Origin: the human T2T-CHM13v2.0 reference genome, Homo sapiens
Length of the DNA: 64,000 bases
Reading direction: 5' to 3' (one strand)
Assembly: GCF_009914755.1 (NCBI RefSeq)
Contig: NC_060925.1
Of this stretch, positions 49,469-63,960 are shown in pieces (the first letter of the stretch is position 1; each line of letters begins with the position of its first letter). Under the pieces are notes generated by a model. The model was not told the origin of the DNA, did not search any database, and was given only the letters and a program-made list of their open reading frames with translations. Position numbers and translations under genes: made by a program.

Positions 49469-52400
49469 AAAGCCCAGGAAAAGATGACTTCATAGCTAAA
49501 TTCTAGAAAACATTCAAATAAATAATATCAATCCCTCTTAAACTCTTCCAAAAAATTGAACCAGAGGAAATCAAACTCATTTTATGAGGCCAGTGTTATC
49601 TTCAAAACAAAACCAGACAAGGATACTGTAAGAAAAGAAAATTCTAGGCCAATATCCCTAATGAACATAGATGCAAAAATCCTCAACAAAATGCTAGCAA
49701 ACTGAGTTTACAACACATTAAAATGATTATACATTATGACCAAGTGGGATTTATCCTTGGGATAGAAGGAAGGTTTAACATATGCAAATCAGTAAATGTA
49801 ATACATCAAATTAACAAAAAGAAAGACAAAAAAGAAGATAATCTCAATTGATGCAGAGAAAGTGTTTGACAATTCAGCATCCTTTCAAGATGAAAATTCT
49901 CAACATTTACATATACAACAAATGTACCTCAATATAATAAGACCATATATGATAAGCTTACAGCTAACTTCATGCAAAATAGTAAAAAGCTGAAAGCTTT
50001 TCTTTTAAGATCAGAAAAAAAACAAGAAAGCTAACTCTCACCCCTTCTATTCAATGTAGAACTGAAAGTCCTAGCCAGACAATCAAGCAAGAGAAAAAAA
50101 AATCAAATCAGAAATGAAAATGGTAAATTGCCTTTATTTACAGTTGACATCATATTTTATATAGAAAGCCCTAAAGACTTCACCAAAAACTTTTATAACT
50201 AATAAACACATTCAGTAAAGTTGCAGGATACAAAATCAACACTAAAAAATGGATTGCATTTCCATACACCAACAACAAACTATCCAAAAAAGAAATTAAG
50301 AAAGAAATTCCATTTACAATAGCATCAAAAAGAAAAAATACTTAGGAATACAATTAGCCAATAAGGTGAAACATCTGGACATTTAAAACTATAGTCTTTA
50401 AGGCAATTGAGGAAGACACAAAAGAATGCAAAGATATTTTGTGTTCATTAATTAATATTGTTAAAATGTCCATATAATCCAAAGCAATTTACATATTTAA
50501 TGCAATCCCTTTCAAAATATAAATAGCATTTTTCACACAAATATGAAAAAACATTCCTAAAATTTATATGGAACCAAAAATATCCCAGATAGCCAAAGCA
50601 ATCTTGAGCAAAAAGAACAAAGCTGGAATCATCAGACTACCTGATTTCAAAATATATTACAAAGCTATAGTATTCAAAACAGTAATGTACTGGCACCAAA
50701 ACAGACACAGACCAATGAAACAGTATAGAGAGCCACGTAATTACCCACACATATACAACCAACTAATCTTTGACAAAAGTGCCAAGGACACACAATGAGA
50801 AAAGGATAGTTTCTTCAATAAATGGTGTTGGAAAAAATTGGATATCCACATGCAAAAGAATGAAATTGGACCCTTAGCTCACACAATATGCAAAAATTAA
50901 CTCAAAATATATTAAAGACTTAAACTGTAAGTATAACATGTATATAAATCATGAAACTGTAAAACTACTGAAAATAAAAACATAGAGACAAAGCTTTTTG
51001 AGATTTGTCTGGGCAATGATTTTTTCAGATATAACCCCAAAACCATAGGCAACAAAAGCAAAAAGAGACAAATGTGACTGCTTCAAAATAAAAGGCTTCT
51101 ATACAGGAAAGGAAACAACATAGTGAAGAGACAACCTATAGAATGACAGAAAAGATTTGCAAACCATGCATGTGATACGGGGTTAATATCAAAATATATA
51201 AGAAACGTAAACATGTCAACAGCAAGAAAACAAATAACCGGATTTTAAAATGGGTAAAGGACCTGAATAAACATCTAAAAAAAAAATGGCCATATGAAAA
51301 AATGCCCAACATCACTAATCATCAGGAAAATGCTAATCAAAACAACAAGATATCACCTCACACCTATTAGGATGGCTATTATCAAAAAGATGAAAGATAA
51401 CAAGTGTTGGTGAGGATGTGGAGTAAAGGGAATCCTTGAATGCTGTTGATGGGAATGTAAATTAGAATAGCCATTATGGGAAACAGTATGAAGGTTCCTC
51501 AAAAAAGTAGAATAGAACTACCATATGATTCTGCAATCCTACCTCTGGGTATATATCCACAGGACATGAAATCAGTAAGTCAAAGACATGTCTGCACTCC
51601 CATGTTCACTGCAAAATTATTCACAATGACCAAAATATAGAATCAACCTAAGCATTTATCAACAAATGGATAAAGAAAATGTGGCACTTAACTACAGTGG
51701 AATATTATTCAGGCTTAAAAATGGAAAACATCTTGTTGCAACAATATGGATGAACCTGACAGACATTTTGCTATGTGAAATTAACCTAGGCCCAGAAAGA
51801 CAAATACTGATCATTCTCACTTACGTGCAGAATCTACAAAAGATAAACTCACAGAAGCAAAGAGTAGTAGGGTGATTTCCAGGGGCTTGAGGGTGGGGGA
51901 AATTGAGTAATCTTGGTCAAATGGTACAAAGTTTCAGTCATGCAGGATGAATATGTTCTGGAGATGTAATGTACAATATGGTGACTATGGTTAAAATACT
52001 GTATTGTATGCTTCAAATTTGCTAAAAGAGTAGATCTTAAATGTTCTCACTCAAAAATAATGGTAACTATGTGAGGTGATAAGTATGTTAAATAGCTTAT
52101 CATTTCACAATGGGGAGATATATATATATACCATGTTTTGTGCCTTAAATATACGCAGTTTTTATTTGTCATACACCTTACCTCATGGTTTGCATTCTGC
52201 ACTCTGCCCAACTTTCCGTGTGCACTCTCTTGGGTATGTGCTCTTGCTCCCATGGTCCCTGTAGCTGACAACACTTTCCACCCATTTCAAACCACACATT
52301 TTTCTTCATTCTTCAAAGTCCTTTCTCAAACACTGATGAAAATGCAAATCTTCCTCCAGTCCCCTCCCACAGAGTAAATTTCTCACCCTTCTAGGTTTAA

Positions 52401-54023
52401 ATAGCCCCTTTTAAGACTCTGTTACTATGTGAATCATGGTCAAAACTGTAGCATAGTTAACAATGTATGTGTCTTCCTCTCATCTATCTGGCCTAATGCT
52501 GTGACTGATACCTATTAAATATTTGGTACATAATAATTCCTTTTCTTTTCCTTTTCTTTTCTTTCTCTTAAGGGGAGGCAGCACATCTTCACAGTCCTGC
52601 CACATCTTAGTTGTATAATTGTGCCAGGTTAACCTGCTAAGCCCCAGTCTTTCTTCAGAAAAATGGCCACAGTAATACTTGCCTTATAAGGTACTTTTGA
52701 AAACAAATAACATAATGTGTCTAAAGTGCTTAGTTTAGTGCCTGGCACCCAGTGAATGCACATTCTAAAGTGATTATTTTTAGTGGTATTTTCCCCCATC
52801 ATTTCCTGACTGTGAGGCAGTCTGAAGCATTTTACATACCATGTCCCAGAGTCTGCACTAGAACTTAGCTTCCTAGGAGACGGTACTCTGTCCTTTTTTG
52901 TTGCCACTGTATCTGTAACATTGCAAACAATGCCTGGCATGCAGTAAATGCTCGATTAATACTTGTTGAATAACCCTCTGAAGGTTCCATACTCTCTAAA
53001 GTAAGAGTATCTTCTTCATACTCTCTAAAGTATGTCTTCTCACTATTCCCATTTATAGGGTATTGGAAAAAACATAGCATCAAGTCATCAATTTTTGCTG
53101 GCTTAGCAAATTTGAACAGTTCAGTTTTTCATTAGTATATTGAGAATAATAATACCTGCCTCACAAGGTTAATGGAAGAAAATAAATGAAAAGCACTTTG
53201 AAATACGTGTCAGCATTCTGAAGATGTTCATTAATCTCAGTCTATTCTTAATCCTGTTCTTGGAGTGGCTAGTGTGAACCATTAGGGGCTGCAAGCCTCA
53301 GTGGTATGACCTATAGAGCCCTGAGCTTTAAGAGAAAAGCATGGAACTTTAAGTACAAGGAGACATGGAAAGGCCACAGAGAGGTAGATTCCCAGCTGAG
53401 GGGGAGGTAGAGAAGCTCTGGAAATGATCACCTTTATCCCTGGCCTTAACATATCTCTTCCTCCTGGGTCCTCCATAGTACTCAGGGTCAGCCTGAAGAT
53501 GGTTCACCAGTAGAGAACTGCTGGCGCTGAAGAAGAAGAAGACACTGTGGACAATGTTCTCCCCTTGTTTCATGATCTTGCTCACTTTGGCCTATCAAAT
53601 AACTCCAGGGACTTCATCTTTTAGTTGATTAAGTACCTGGGATACCACCTTCTTATAGCTCTAAAGACACTGCCAAGCTATGAGAATGCAGGGGGAGGCA
53701 GGAGATCCACAAGGTCTGATTTTCCTGATCATTTTTGAGTAACAGGACTTTCTGTGATCTCATTAAATCACAAATGCAGTCTCAATCCGGAAAATAGATC
53801 CCATCATATGTGATAATCAAAACCTTGGACTTTACTTTCAGCTGTAATCTTTTCAGTATTACCTTCAGCTGAACCTGCAGCTAGGAGAAGCCTGAGGTCC
53901 TGGAAGGCAAGCATGAGGCTTTTCTCCTATATCGCCTTATGCTTCCACTCCTCCTCCCCATGATGCTGATGGAAAAGTTTCCAACCCTTTCAGAAAATTA
54001 TATTTTCTGTCTTTGAAAAGCTG

Positions 54024-54094
54024 ACATTTTACAAATCTCTTAATTTCTTAATACACTGAGGTGTATGCAGGAAATTAAGAGATTTGTAAAATGT
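54024..54094. repeat. Perfect 24-bp inverted repeat with an inner stem (hairpin)
   Basis: ACATTTTACAAATCTCTTAATTTC (54024-54047) is the exact reverse complement of 54071-54094. Inner ATACAC-TGAG-GTGTAT. Confidence 0.95.
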
Positions 54095-54789
54095 TGAAGG
54101 GATATTAGTAATTACTTAATCCAATTTGCTTATCTTACAGGGGAAGGATCTAAATTCCTGCAAGAATTATCCCAAAATATACAGCCAAAGAGATGAATCA
54201 CTGAGTTTTTAACTATAATATTAGATAACAGTATGAATATTTTTAAAATTTATAAGAAGACAGAACTGGCTTTCATTTAATATCATACGTATTACAAGAA
54301 TTGGAAAGCTAAAAAACCACATTTCTAAGACTCTCTTGCAGTTAGGGATTGGATGCAATTAGTTTTGCCAGTGAGACAGACATCTAGGCTCAGAAGGCAA
54401 AGGGAAGCAAAAGCTAAATTTTCGTGACAATGCTGATGGGCAAATGTATTCCAACAGGTGTGCTTATATCAGCTGAACTCCATGTTCCACCTTTTAGCCC
54501 CCCAATTTGTATGTTGCAGGCATCTGTGGTGATTGAAGCAGTTTCCTGCCCTCTGGATAGTAGCTCTAGTGGTGTGACCTCTCCAGTCCTGCAGCAACCT
54601 CCTAGTTCCTGCTCTTTCAGCTCTTTGACCTTTTGCAAGCACCTAATTCCCTGTAGTATATACCTTTCTTCATGATATATAGTGTTTTTTATCTCCTGCA
54701 CTAAATCATGAGCATATGCATATAAATCATAATATGAAATCTTAAAAACAGAAGTACTTTTGCTGAGGCATTAAGCATATAATCAGTCA

Positions 54790-55500
54790 GCAGGTCCCCA
54801 AACATCTAATTCCTGAATATCTCATATATCCTGTCTCCATTATCCATTCCTCTAATGCTACTCTAATTTAAGTCCTCAGTCTCTCTGGCCTAGATTGTTG
54901 AAATAACATCCTGGGTTTTTGGTCTCCTTGATTCTAGTCACCATCCTCTCTAGCCTCCAGGTGAATCTGATCTTGTCTGATGTTGTCACTTCCTTGTTCA
55001 AAATTCTCGAATGGACAACCGTAATCCAGAAGGTAGTATCCAAACCTGTGATTGTGGCACTTCAGTATCCTTCATAACCTATGTCCTGCATGTTTAACCC
55101 ATATTTTGCTATTCCCATCACTTATGGTCCAGCAAAACTGAACTAATTGTAGTTCCCCCATCACGTGTTCTTACTTTTCTATGCATTTTCACATATTTTT
55201 CTCTCTGCCTTTTTTCTATTTCTTGTCCCTTATCTGTCTGGAAAACATCTATTCTTCCTTCAAGACTCAGCTGTCTTCTCACACTCCTTGAAGCCTCTCT
55301 TTCCTCCTCCAAGTGGACCTAGATTTTTCTTCCTACATGCTAGCACTACACTGAACCATACTTCCACTGTGACATTTATCATCTCCCTCAACACTAGACT
55401 TCATGGTTCCAGATGGAAAGCACTGTGTCTTCTCACCTTTGAATCCCCCAAAAGACTATTATAATGCATGACATATAGTAGGCTGTCAGTACAGTGAAAG
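54790..55500 (+). mobile_element. L2 relic
   Basis: Pyrimidine-rich L2 body (TGTCACTTCCTTGTTCAAAA, TCCTTCAAGACTCAGCT). Confidence 0.6.
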
Positions 55501-56583
55501 GAATGGCCAGAGGAAGGAAAGGAGGGAAACAGAAGCAGAAAGGACAGGTATAGAAGCCGGAGGGAGCCAGAGACAAGGTTCAGAGACCACAATTCTGTCT
55601 TTTGAGTTCACTAGTTTTACAAGCTCATCTATAAGCGTTAGTTCAGCAACTCAGATCAGGCCCTAAGTTTCCAGAAATTTGAGCTACTTTTCACTGTTGG
55701 CACAACAAAACGTTTCATTATAGTCCAGGTGCATAGCCTTTGTTTATATATTCTATATTTCCAAAGCAAACATAAATGAAAGAATCATTGTTCCCCTAAT
55801 CTCCCAGGAGTTTCACCTTACAGCTCCAGTGGCCATGGCAGTCACTGTTTTATATTTTTTGTAACAAGAACCAAAGACTTCATTCTTGCCTTTTTCCTAC
55901 CCCTTTCTTTTTACTTCACCCATGCCTCCCCTGTTCTTCTCTTATCCTTACCACACTCAGTCCTTCTCTTTCAGATTTTACTATGGCTCTATACCATTAA
56001 AAATACAAGAAAAAAAAGGAATTTTACTTTAAGAATAACTCCTCCCCCTTCCCCAGTTTTCACATCAAAAGACATTGTTAAATGCCATTCTCTTCCACAT
56101 TTCGAGAACTGCTGATTCTCTGGGGAGAGAAAGGTGATTGCTTAAGAGGTGAAGTCCCTTAGAGCATTCAAAATGAGGAGTGATTCTGTACAGAGGATAT
56201 CATGCAGCAGGCTGGATGTCTAGTTCCAATTCCTTTATTTGTTACCTCTGAGACCTTGAAGAAGTAGTTTCTAGTCTCAGCATACCAAAGCGTCATCTGC
56301 AATTGAGAGCATTGGATTGATGATCTTCAAGGTCCTTCCTGCTCTAGCATTCACTGAATCTGCTATTTTTGACATATTGAATAATCAGAAGCAGCCAGTT
56401 TTAGAATCTTATTATAGCAAAAGTGGTAAAAATAATGAGCATATACTATCAATGTGCATCTATGTCTTCTTATGTTTGAGTGAGGATCCTGATACATAAA
56501 CCTTGGCTGATAATTTCTACTGAAAAAAATCGTAAGTATTAAAGACACTCTTCTGAAGATGTTCTCTCCAGACTCTGCTACAG

Positions 56584-56721
56584 GCAATCATGAGCAAGAG
56601 GGTTGGCATCATCGGAGCTGGAGTCAGTGGCTTGGCTGCCATATGGTGCTGTCTGGAGGAGGGGCTGGAGCCCACTTGCTTTGAAAGGAGCGATGATGTT
56701 GGAGGCCTGTGGAAATTCTCA
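56584..56721 (+). pseudogene. FMO6P: FMO6P first coding-type exon (ATG 56590), paralogous to FMO3 exon 2
   Basis: tacag|[53 protein letters not shown]|gtgagt. Position 3' of FMO3. Confidence 0.93.
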
Positions 56722-59032
56722 GTGAGTGGCACATCATTAGAACACCAGTGGAAGGAGATGGATTCCAATGCAAATCAAATCTGATCAGTTCTAATTCAGA
56801 TTTAGAAGGCAGATCACAAAAGCTCCAAATCTGGAAAGTAAAATCTTACCTCTCCAATCATACTAATGCCCAAAAAAACTATTTCATACCAGCAAAATTT
56901 GTCCTGAAAAGGACATTTTCAGCTCATTAAACATCATCACCTGCATGGTGAAATCCAGATCTCCAAGCTGTAAAGGGCACTAATGTTGGTAATTAGTCAA
57001 AAATATACCATGGGCTTCCCAGGTAAGTGAAACAATTCTATTCTTTATTGCTCTTAAATGCCAGGAACACGACTAGAAAAGAGACAAACAAACCTGGACT
57101 GAGATCCTGAGGTCAGAAGTCCTGAGTTCTAATTTCAACTTGTAGGTTTTCTAGGCAGATAAGATTTCAGTCCAGTTGCTTTTGTTTCCCTGGACCTCAA
57201 ATGCTCATTTGTCAAATGCAGAGGATATGATTCTATAATTAACTTATGTCTATTGGGCAGATAGAAATTATTATAGATGATGATTGTGTGTGCGGCTGTT
57301 GAATAGCCTATCAGCTCCAAATCCAGAGGGAAAAATTATGGTCTTTGCCATTTGGGCTCATTGTAGAAATAATATAATTAGGAAATAGTCCTTGTAAACA
57401 CATTTTTTTTTTTAATTTCAAAGCCAAGTTTGGAGAAACTTCTAGTTCTTCTGTCCTGGATTTCCCAGCCATTGTAATCAGTTGTCGATGATACATATTT
57501 GGCTTGAAAACATATTCACATCATTCATATTGTAACTACTTCCTGTCCTGGTCTCAGTTACTGCTCTGCCTGCGCCAATAGCCTCCTCCAATAGAGTATA
57601 TCAGTGCTAACTTAGAACACATTTTTATTCTTCTCCAAGCTTTTTTTAAAAAAATTTGTGGTTTTGTAACCCTGAAAGCACTCCATGAGATATAAGGTCA
57701 TTAATTTTTATTTCCCAGTAGGGGGTAATCAAGAGTTAATATTTTTCAAGAATTTAATTTTCCCTATTTACATTTGCTCAGGGAAATGTGGACAGCTTAG
57801 AGTAAATCATAAAATGGCTTTCTACCATCTCCCTAGTAACAATTAAATGATGCTTGAGCATCTATTCTGGTAGTTTGTGCTAAGTACTGGGATGACAAAT
57901 ATGGAATATAATCACTCCTTGTAAATGGTTCCATTTCATTTGATTAAGCAAGCCATAATATAATTCCGTAATCCTTTGATAGCAAATGGGCAAAAACTCA
58001 TTTGATAGCCGAACCTCTTCTGAAATCGTAAGGTTAAATACCGTGAATTGGATCAACATGAAGCTAAGTCTCACCTTCTGTTGCACGGCAGAAATTTTAT
58101 TGCATTTGACAGATTGCTGCCCCAGATCTCACTAGGAGTATTATGGAGCAAAATCCAAAAATGTACACATTCCAAAATATATCTGGCCCTAAGACTTTTA
58201 AAATAAGAGATTATATAACTACAACAACAAGATAGACCTTGTCACCATCAATTCAATGGACGAGTGCCTCGAGCGTTTAGAAGAGGGTGGACTACGGAAA
58301 TCTTAGTAGGTCAAAGAAAACCTCCCACAGGGATGACACTTAGCCTTGAAGGATAACCCCAGACAAGCAAAATAGAGGACCACCTGTGACACAACTCCTA
58401 GAGAGTGCATTTCCCAATAAAGTCTGCGAATGGCACTCCATAGGCCTATGCAGTCATTGGCAGTGTGCCAGCACCAGGTTAAGAGAGACCAACAATCCAT
58501 GAAAGGCACAGAAAAGGCAATGAACATGGTGTGTGCAGAGAGGGATCCATGAGTTATCCAATATAGCCAGATCAGAAAGTTTACTTAAGGAAGCAATAAT
58601 ATGATACAAAGATCAGTAAGATTCAAAGTTGGATTCTGAGTTATCCACAAGAGGAAATTCTTCTTTTCCATAAGGTCATGTCTATAAGCAAAATTCTACT
58701 CAAAGTCCTGGTGAGGATATGGACCCATACAAATACTCAAAACTTTAGCCTCCTCCACATACCCCAGCCCTTCCTTCTTTTCTTAGAAAAGTTGCTTGGC
58801 ACAATATATAATCAGAGAGGGATTTTTTTTATGTGTTACATAAGACTTTATCTTGTAAGCCTTTTTTAGAAGGTGTTCTAGCAGACAGAAACGTGGTAAT
58901 TCTGAACTTTTCACTATTTGCTTTTTCTGAGAAATGAAAACCAAATGGGATTTAAATACTAGCAGGCTGAATGTGTGTTTTAAGTTTCATCCACTCCTAA
59001 ATAGGGCCTCGTGTCCTCAAAAGATTTCATTA

Positions 59033-59354
<322 letters not shown>

Positions 59355-60953
59355 TTACCAATAGGTTAGTAGCATTTTGATTGCAAAAGCTGAAGCCAGG
59401 ACTATTTGAACTTTTTCCCACTCATTTATTCCTTTGTTCATTCAATGAATACATACTGTGTACTTTATGTGTAGGGTACTATATTAAGCATAAGCTGCAG
59501 ATAAGAGGCCAGCCAGCACTTTAAAAGCCGTGAGAAAACAAGTATCAGAATAACTATAAGTGACTATATAATTAGGGCAATAAGGATAATGGGACCTTAG
59601 TAAAACTAAAGATGATTTGGCAGTAGCTGAGAGGGAAGGTAAAGAAAGCCATGACAAAGTTGAAGGCAACTTTTGAGCATATTTCAAGGGCATATTTAGA
59701 CAAGGAGATATGGGACTCATAAGCAGAGCTGGAATAGGAAAGAAGATCAAGGTAAACTGCTTAGATGCATGTACAACATTCTGAAATTAACCTCTGACTT
59801 TGCCCTCAAGTTACTTATGTTCTCGTGGGAAAGATGAGAGATGAACACGGTTATCATCCAAGACAGATGGTGCCCACAGCTGCTTAGATCTCTGGTTCCA
59901 GGGTAAAGCTCCCTCAGCTAGAGGCAGAGTCAAAGTTGAATTTCCTCCTTACTGGCTCAAACCACACCTCATATTGAAATAATAAAAATGCATGCTCCCT
60001 GGAGCAACTGACTTGTTATCTAATACATTTGCTTTTTTGTGTTTGTTTGGAGAACAGTCTTTTCGGAAAAATTCCAAGGAGCTGTAGTGTACATACTCTT
60101 CTCTCCTGGTGTTATAATTGGCTGAGGTCAAGGGGCAAAAAAGCAGAGATTCATTCAAGATGGAAATATTCCAAGGCCTTAGCATCTGTTTCCCAGAACA
60201 GAGTCTTACATTCTTTAACCAGGCTCCATCCCACAGTTCAGCCCTGCCTCCTTTCAACAGGCAGCTGAAAAAACCTCCTTCCCACCTCTCCTTCTTCTCA
60301 CAACCATCAGTAGAAGGCGCTAGCTGTGGGTGAAAGGGAAGCACTCAGCCTGCCAAACTGCTGGACATGAGCCTTCACCCTTTTTCTGACCTCCACAAAA
60401 ATTTTAAAAAGTTTAAATTCCTGTGCTTCCACGCTTATGAGAAATACAGCAACCATGAATAGAGGAAGATTATGTTTTCAACTTGAGAAAAAATACTGAG
60501 GCTTTGGGCAGCCCCCCACTTCCCCACGGGGACACAATCCTCTCAACCCTTTCCAGCACTTTTTGTTTCCCTCTTCCAGAGGTCATCTGGTGTGAGAGGG
60601 AGAGACACATCTTGAATCCAGCAGCAACGTGACATTCCATCTCTTTCCCCCCATTGCACAAGAGTCCCTTCCGGACCTCGGGAAGCAGAAGCTGCCAGCT
60701 CTGAAATGTATTTTCAAGGCAGCACATTGTGTGCACTTTTACCCTACCCTCACAACTGAGAGGAAATGTTTATTTTCAATTTAGCTTTTGACTGCTTCTA
60801 AAAAATAAGCCACTTTTCAATTACACAGAGGCTTTAAAATGAAGTGCCAAGATTTAACACATGTTCTAAGGGCTCTGGTTTCCTGTGTTTCTTTGGTGAG
60901 GAGTGAAGTCCAGCAACTGGTGAGCCAAAGAATAGGATTCATTTACAACAGAG

Positions 60954-61141
60954 CAGTGGTTCTCAAAGTGTGGTTCCTAAACCAGCCACATCAGCATCAC
61001 CAGGAACTTGATAGAAATGCAAACCACCCCAGACTCCACCCCAGACAGATTGAATCCGAAATTCTAAGAATAGGGCCCAAGAATCTACGGTCTAGGGAGC
61101 TTCCAGGCGATTCTCATTACGCCAAAGCTGGGAAACCACTG
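60954..61141. mobile_element. MER5A
   Basis: CAGTGGTTCTCAAAGTGTGGT...GAAACCACTG terminal inverted repeats. Confidence 0.85.
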
Positions 61142-61549
61142 CAATATTGGGTTGTTGCCAGTGAAGAGTTTGCTAAACTCCAAAAGCAAATAAATAGGCT
61201 AGAAGTCAGAGCCTCTTCTAGACAGTTTTGTTTTTTGTTTTTTTTTTAACCTGAGTATAAGATCAGAACCAGTGGTGGCACAGGAGAAAGCAAAAACCAC
61301 TAAGTGGCTATAAAGACAGAGCTAACACTGAGGGTAATTACAGTAAGAGGATTCACATGGAAAGAGCTCCAGTTCTGTGCCAGGTGCTACGCGAAGGGCT
61401 TTCCATTCCTTATCTTACTGAGAGCTTTTAATTTTTGTTTACGCTTTTAAACATGAAAAGGGTTTTAGTCAACCAAGAATTGAACCACTGTGTTCACTGA
61501 AGGGAACACAATTCTTGGCTTTCTCTTTAAGCTTTCTTATTCTCCCTAG

Positions 61550-61738
61550 GACCACACAGAAGAAGGCAGAGCCAGCATTTACCAGTCTGTATTCACAAAC
61601 TCTTCCAAAGAAATGATGTGCTTTCCAGACTTCCCTTATCCGGATGATTACCCAAACTATATACACCACAGCAAGCTCCAGGAATATATAAAGACATATG
61701 CTCAAAAGAAGGATCTTTTAAGATACATACAGTTTGAG
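61550..61738 (+). pseudogene. FMO6P: FMO6P second coding-type exon, paralogous to FMO3 exon 3
   Basis: cctag|GACCAC...TTTGAG|gtaggg, 189 nt, open: [63 protein letters not shown]. Confidence 0.93.
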
Positions 61739-62439
61739 GTAGGGGTCTCATAACTTGTACTGTTGAAATTAAGATATGTGTGGGTTAGAGAAAAAGGAGG
61801 CAGCAAACTATTATAAAAATTAGAGCCAAATGTTTGGGCACCTCAGTAATCAAATGTTGGCTCTGATTATAAAGCATTCATGCATTGATTTTTTCTCTCC
61901 TAGACTTACTAGTTCACTAGTCTCTGAGAGCTTTCAGACTACCTTAGAAAATGGAGGCAGCTAGCCCATCATTGTCCACTTTCCACCCTCATGCTCTGAT
62001 GTTTTGGAAATAATCCAAAATGCTTTAGTATATATTAGGAATTTTGTCAGTTCAATGCCAATGAGTTGTGGTTCAAAAAACCAGAGCATTTGGTAGGGTT
62101 TCTCCCATTACATTATGAAAAGGTTAACAACTTAAATGGGAAATATAGTCATTGCCCCCATCTTTACCCACTCAGTTCATTAGTTTTTTTATTAAAAAGG
62201 TGAGATTTCAGCATTGTTTCTGCGAGAATAATGTTTTACATTTATTTGGGACTCTTTATTGAGCATTTCTGTCTGTATGTTTGGAACTCTTAACCTCAAT
62301 TAACTGCTGCTAAATGCAGAACACTTGCATATAGTGGGAAAAACAATCAGCAAAATTATGAACCATGGTGATATTTACATCATTATTTTACCTGGAGTAG
62401 CCCCAAATGTATAGTTAAAATAAAATTTTCCAATAGTCA

Positions 62440-63960
62440 TTTTATTCCATTCATTCATTACATTCATTTGCTTCCATTATGGTGTTAATATCAACAAACA
62501 TTAATGAAGTTCCTATTGTGTGCTTGCATTGTGCTATGTGTTATATGTAAAAGAAAAAGAGGTCTAAGACTTAGCTCTCAAGAAGTTATTTCAAAATAAA
62601 TATGTAAAGAGTAAGTAAAAAGATTCCAGTAACAATTTCAATCAAAGAGAAAATTTTTTAAAGCTCTTTATGATTTGTTTATAAATAAAACAATGCTATG
62701 GAGATCATGAAGCAAGAGGCAACACTTTGGGGGAAGGTATTTTCTAGAGGAGGTAAAATTTAGTTGTATTTAGTAGGTGTTTTAGATAAATGAGTGGCAT
62801 GAGTAAAATTAGAGAGGTGGGAAAATGCCCTGCTCATTTGGAGAACAGTGGGCAAACCAAGTTGGTTAGGAGGGAGATATATATGCTAGGATGAGATATG
62901 GCCACATATATCAGTAAACTAGTGTGTACTGTGACTTTGAAAAATAGAGGATTATTTTGCAACCATGTAAAAGAAGTCCAAAGAAGGGACATCCAGAGCT
63001 TATGTGATGGCACCAAAGTTATCAAAGATTCAGCTTCACCCATCTTAGCACGTGGCCTACATCATGACGTTTGCCTTGTGGTGCAAAACAGTTGCTGAAG
63101 CTTGAGCCGTCACATCTGCCTTCTAGGCAAAAAAAAAAAAAAAAGTAAAGAATGAAGGGCAAAGGGATGTTCTCTCAGCTGAATCAGCTCCCCTTTTACA
63201 AATTCTCCTGAAAAAACTGTCCAACATTGCTTATATCTCACAGGCCACCCTAGTTGCACAGGAACCTGGAAAATGCATCCCTTTTCTGTGTATGTTGTCG
63301 CTCCAAACAAAATCAGGGTTCTGTTAGTAAGAATGAAGGGAGAATGGACATTAGGGAAGCAATTTGCAGAATATGTTCCAGAAAAGTCTGTGGGAATAAC
63401 AGAAAATAAAACTAAAAGAGTAAATTGGAACAAAATTGTATGGACTTAATAGTAATCGCATTCAAAATGTAGAATAAGTTTTAGAGGCTGTGAAGTAACA
63501 GAAATTGAGCAGTGAATTGAGCAGAGAAATTGAGAAATGAATATAGTCCTTCAGGAAGATTAATCTGACAAGCAGGACAAAGGATGGCTTGTAGGAAATG
63601 GGAGGCTGAAGACAGGCTAGGTATAGGTTCTTGCCGTAGTCCATGCAAGGGAGTGATAAGGACTTGAATGAAGGCAGTGTTAGCAATCATGGAAAGAAAG
63701 CGTGAGATTGGGAGATAAATACTGTTTAAACATGAGGCAAGGATGGAGAAATAACAAGGAAAACAAGTCATGGATTTGAAGCATAAGTGGCTGGGAGTTT
63801 CATGTCATCATTCAAAGAAATAAGAAAGTCAGAAGCCAGTTTCAAAGGAAATTTAAGTAGGTCAATCAAAACCTGCTACATATGAGGAAGTATTAGGTGG
63901 CCCTCCAGATGGAAAGGTCAAGCTAAACTGGATAGAAGAGAGACCAAGGATAGATGTATT
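62440..63960 (-). mobile_element. L2 relics with an old MLT1-type LTR fragment (~62870-63330)
   Basis: ATTCATTCATT / purine-rich L2 body; CAGCTTCACCCATCTTAGCA...TCACATCTGC MLT1 motifs. Confidence 0.5.

Larger units (their letters stand above)
46230..52165 (+). mobile_element. Near full-length, degraded L1MA8/9-like LINE
   Basis: GC-rich repetitive 5'UTR 46540-47060, ORF1 relic, ORF2 relic ([13 protein letters not shown]), L1MA-type 3'UTR. Confidence 0.85.

Noticed and set aside
52988-53035. Short direct repeat CATACTCTCTAAAGTA x2 (similar micro-repeats at 8664-8705 and 24280-24310)
   Set aside because: Ordinary slippage-scale duplications with no supporting context.
53282-53585. Coding-looking minus-strand ORFs, or a possible FMO6P exon 1 (donor AG|GTAGAT ~53384)
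   Set aside because: No recognisable homology, poly(A) or TSD. The splice signal alone is insufficient.
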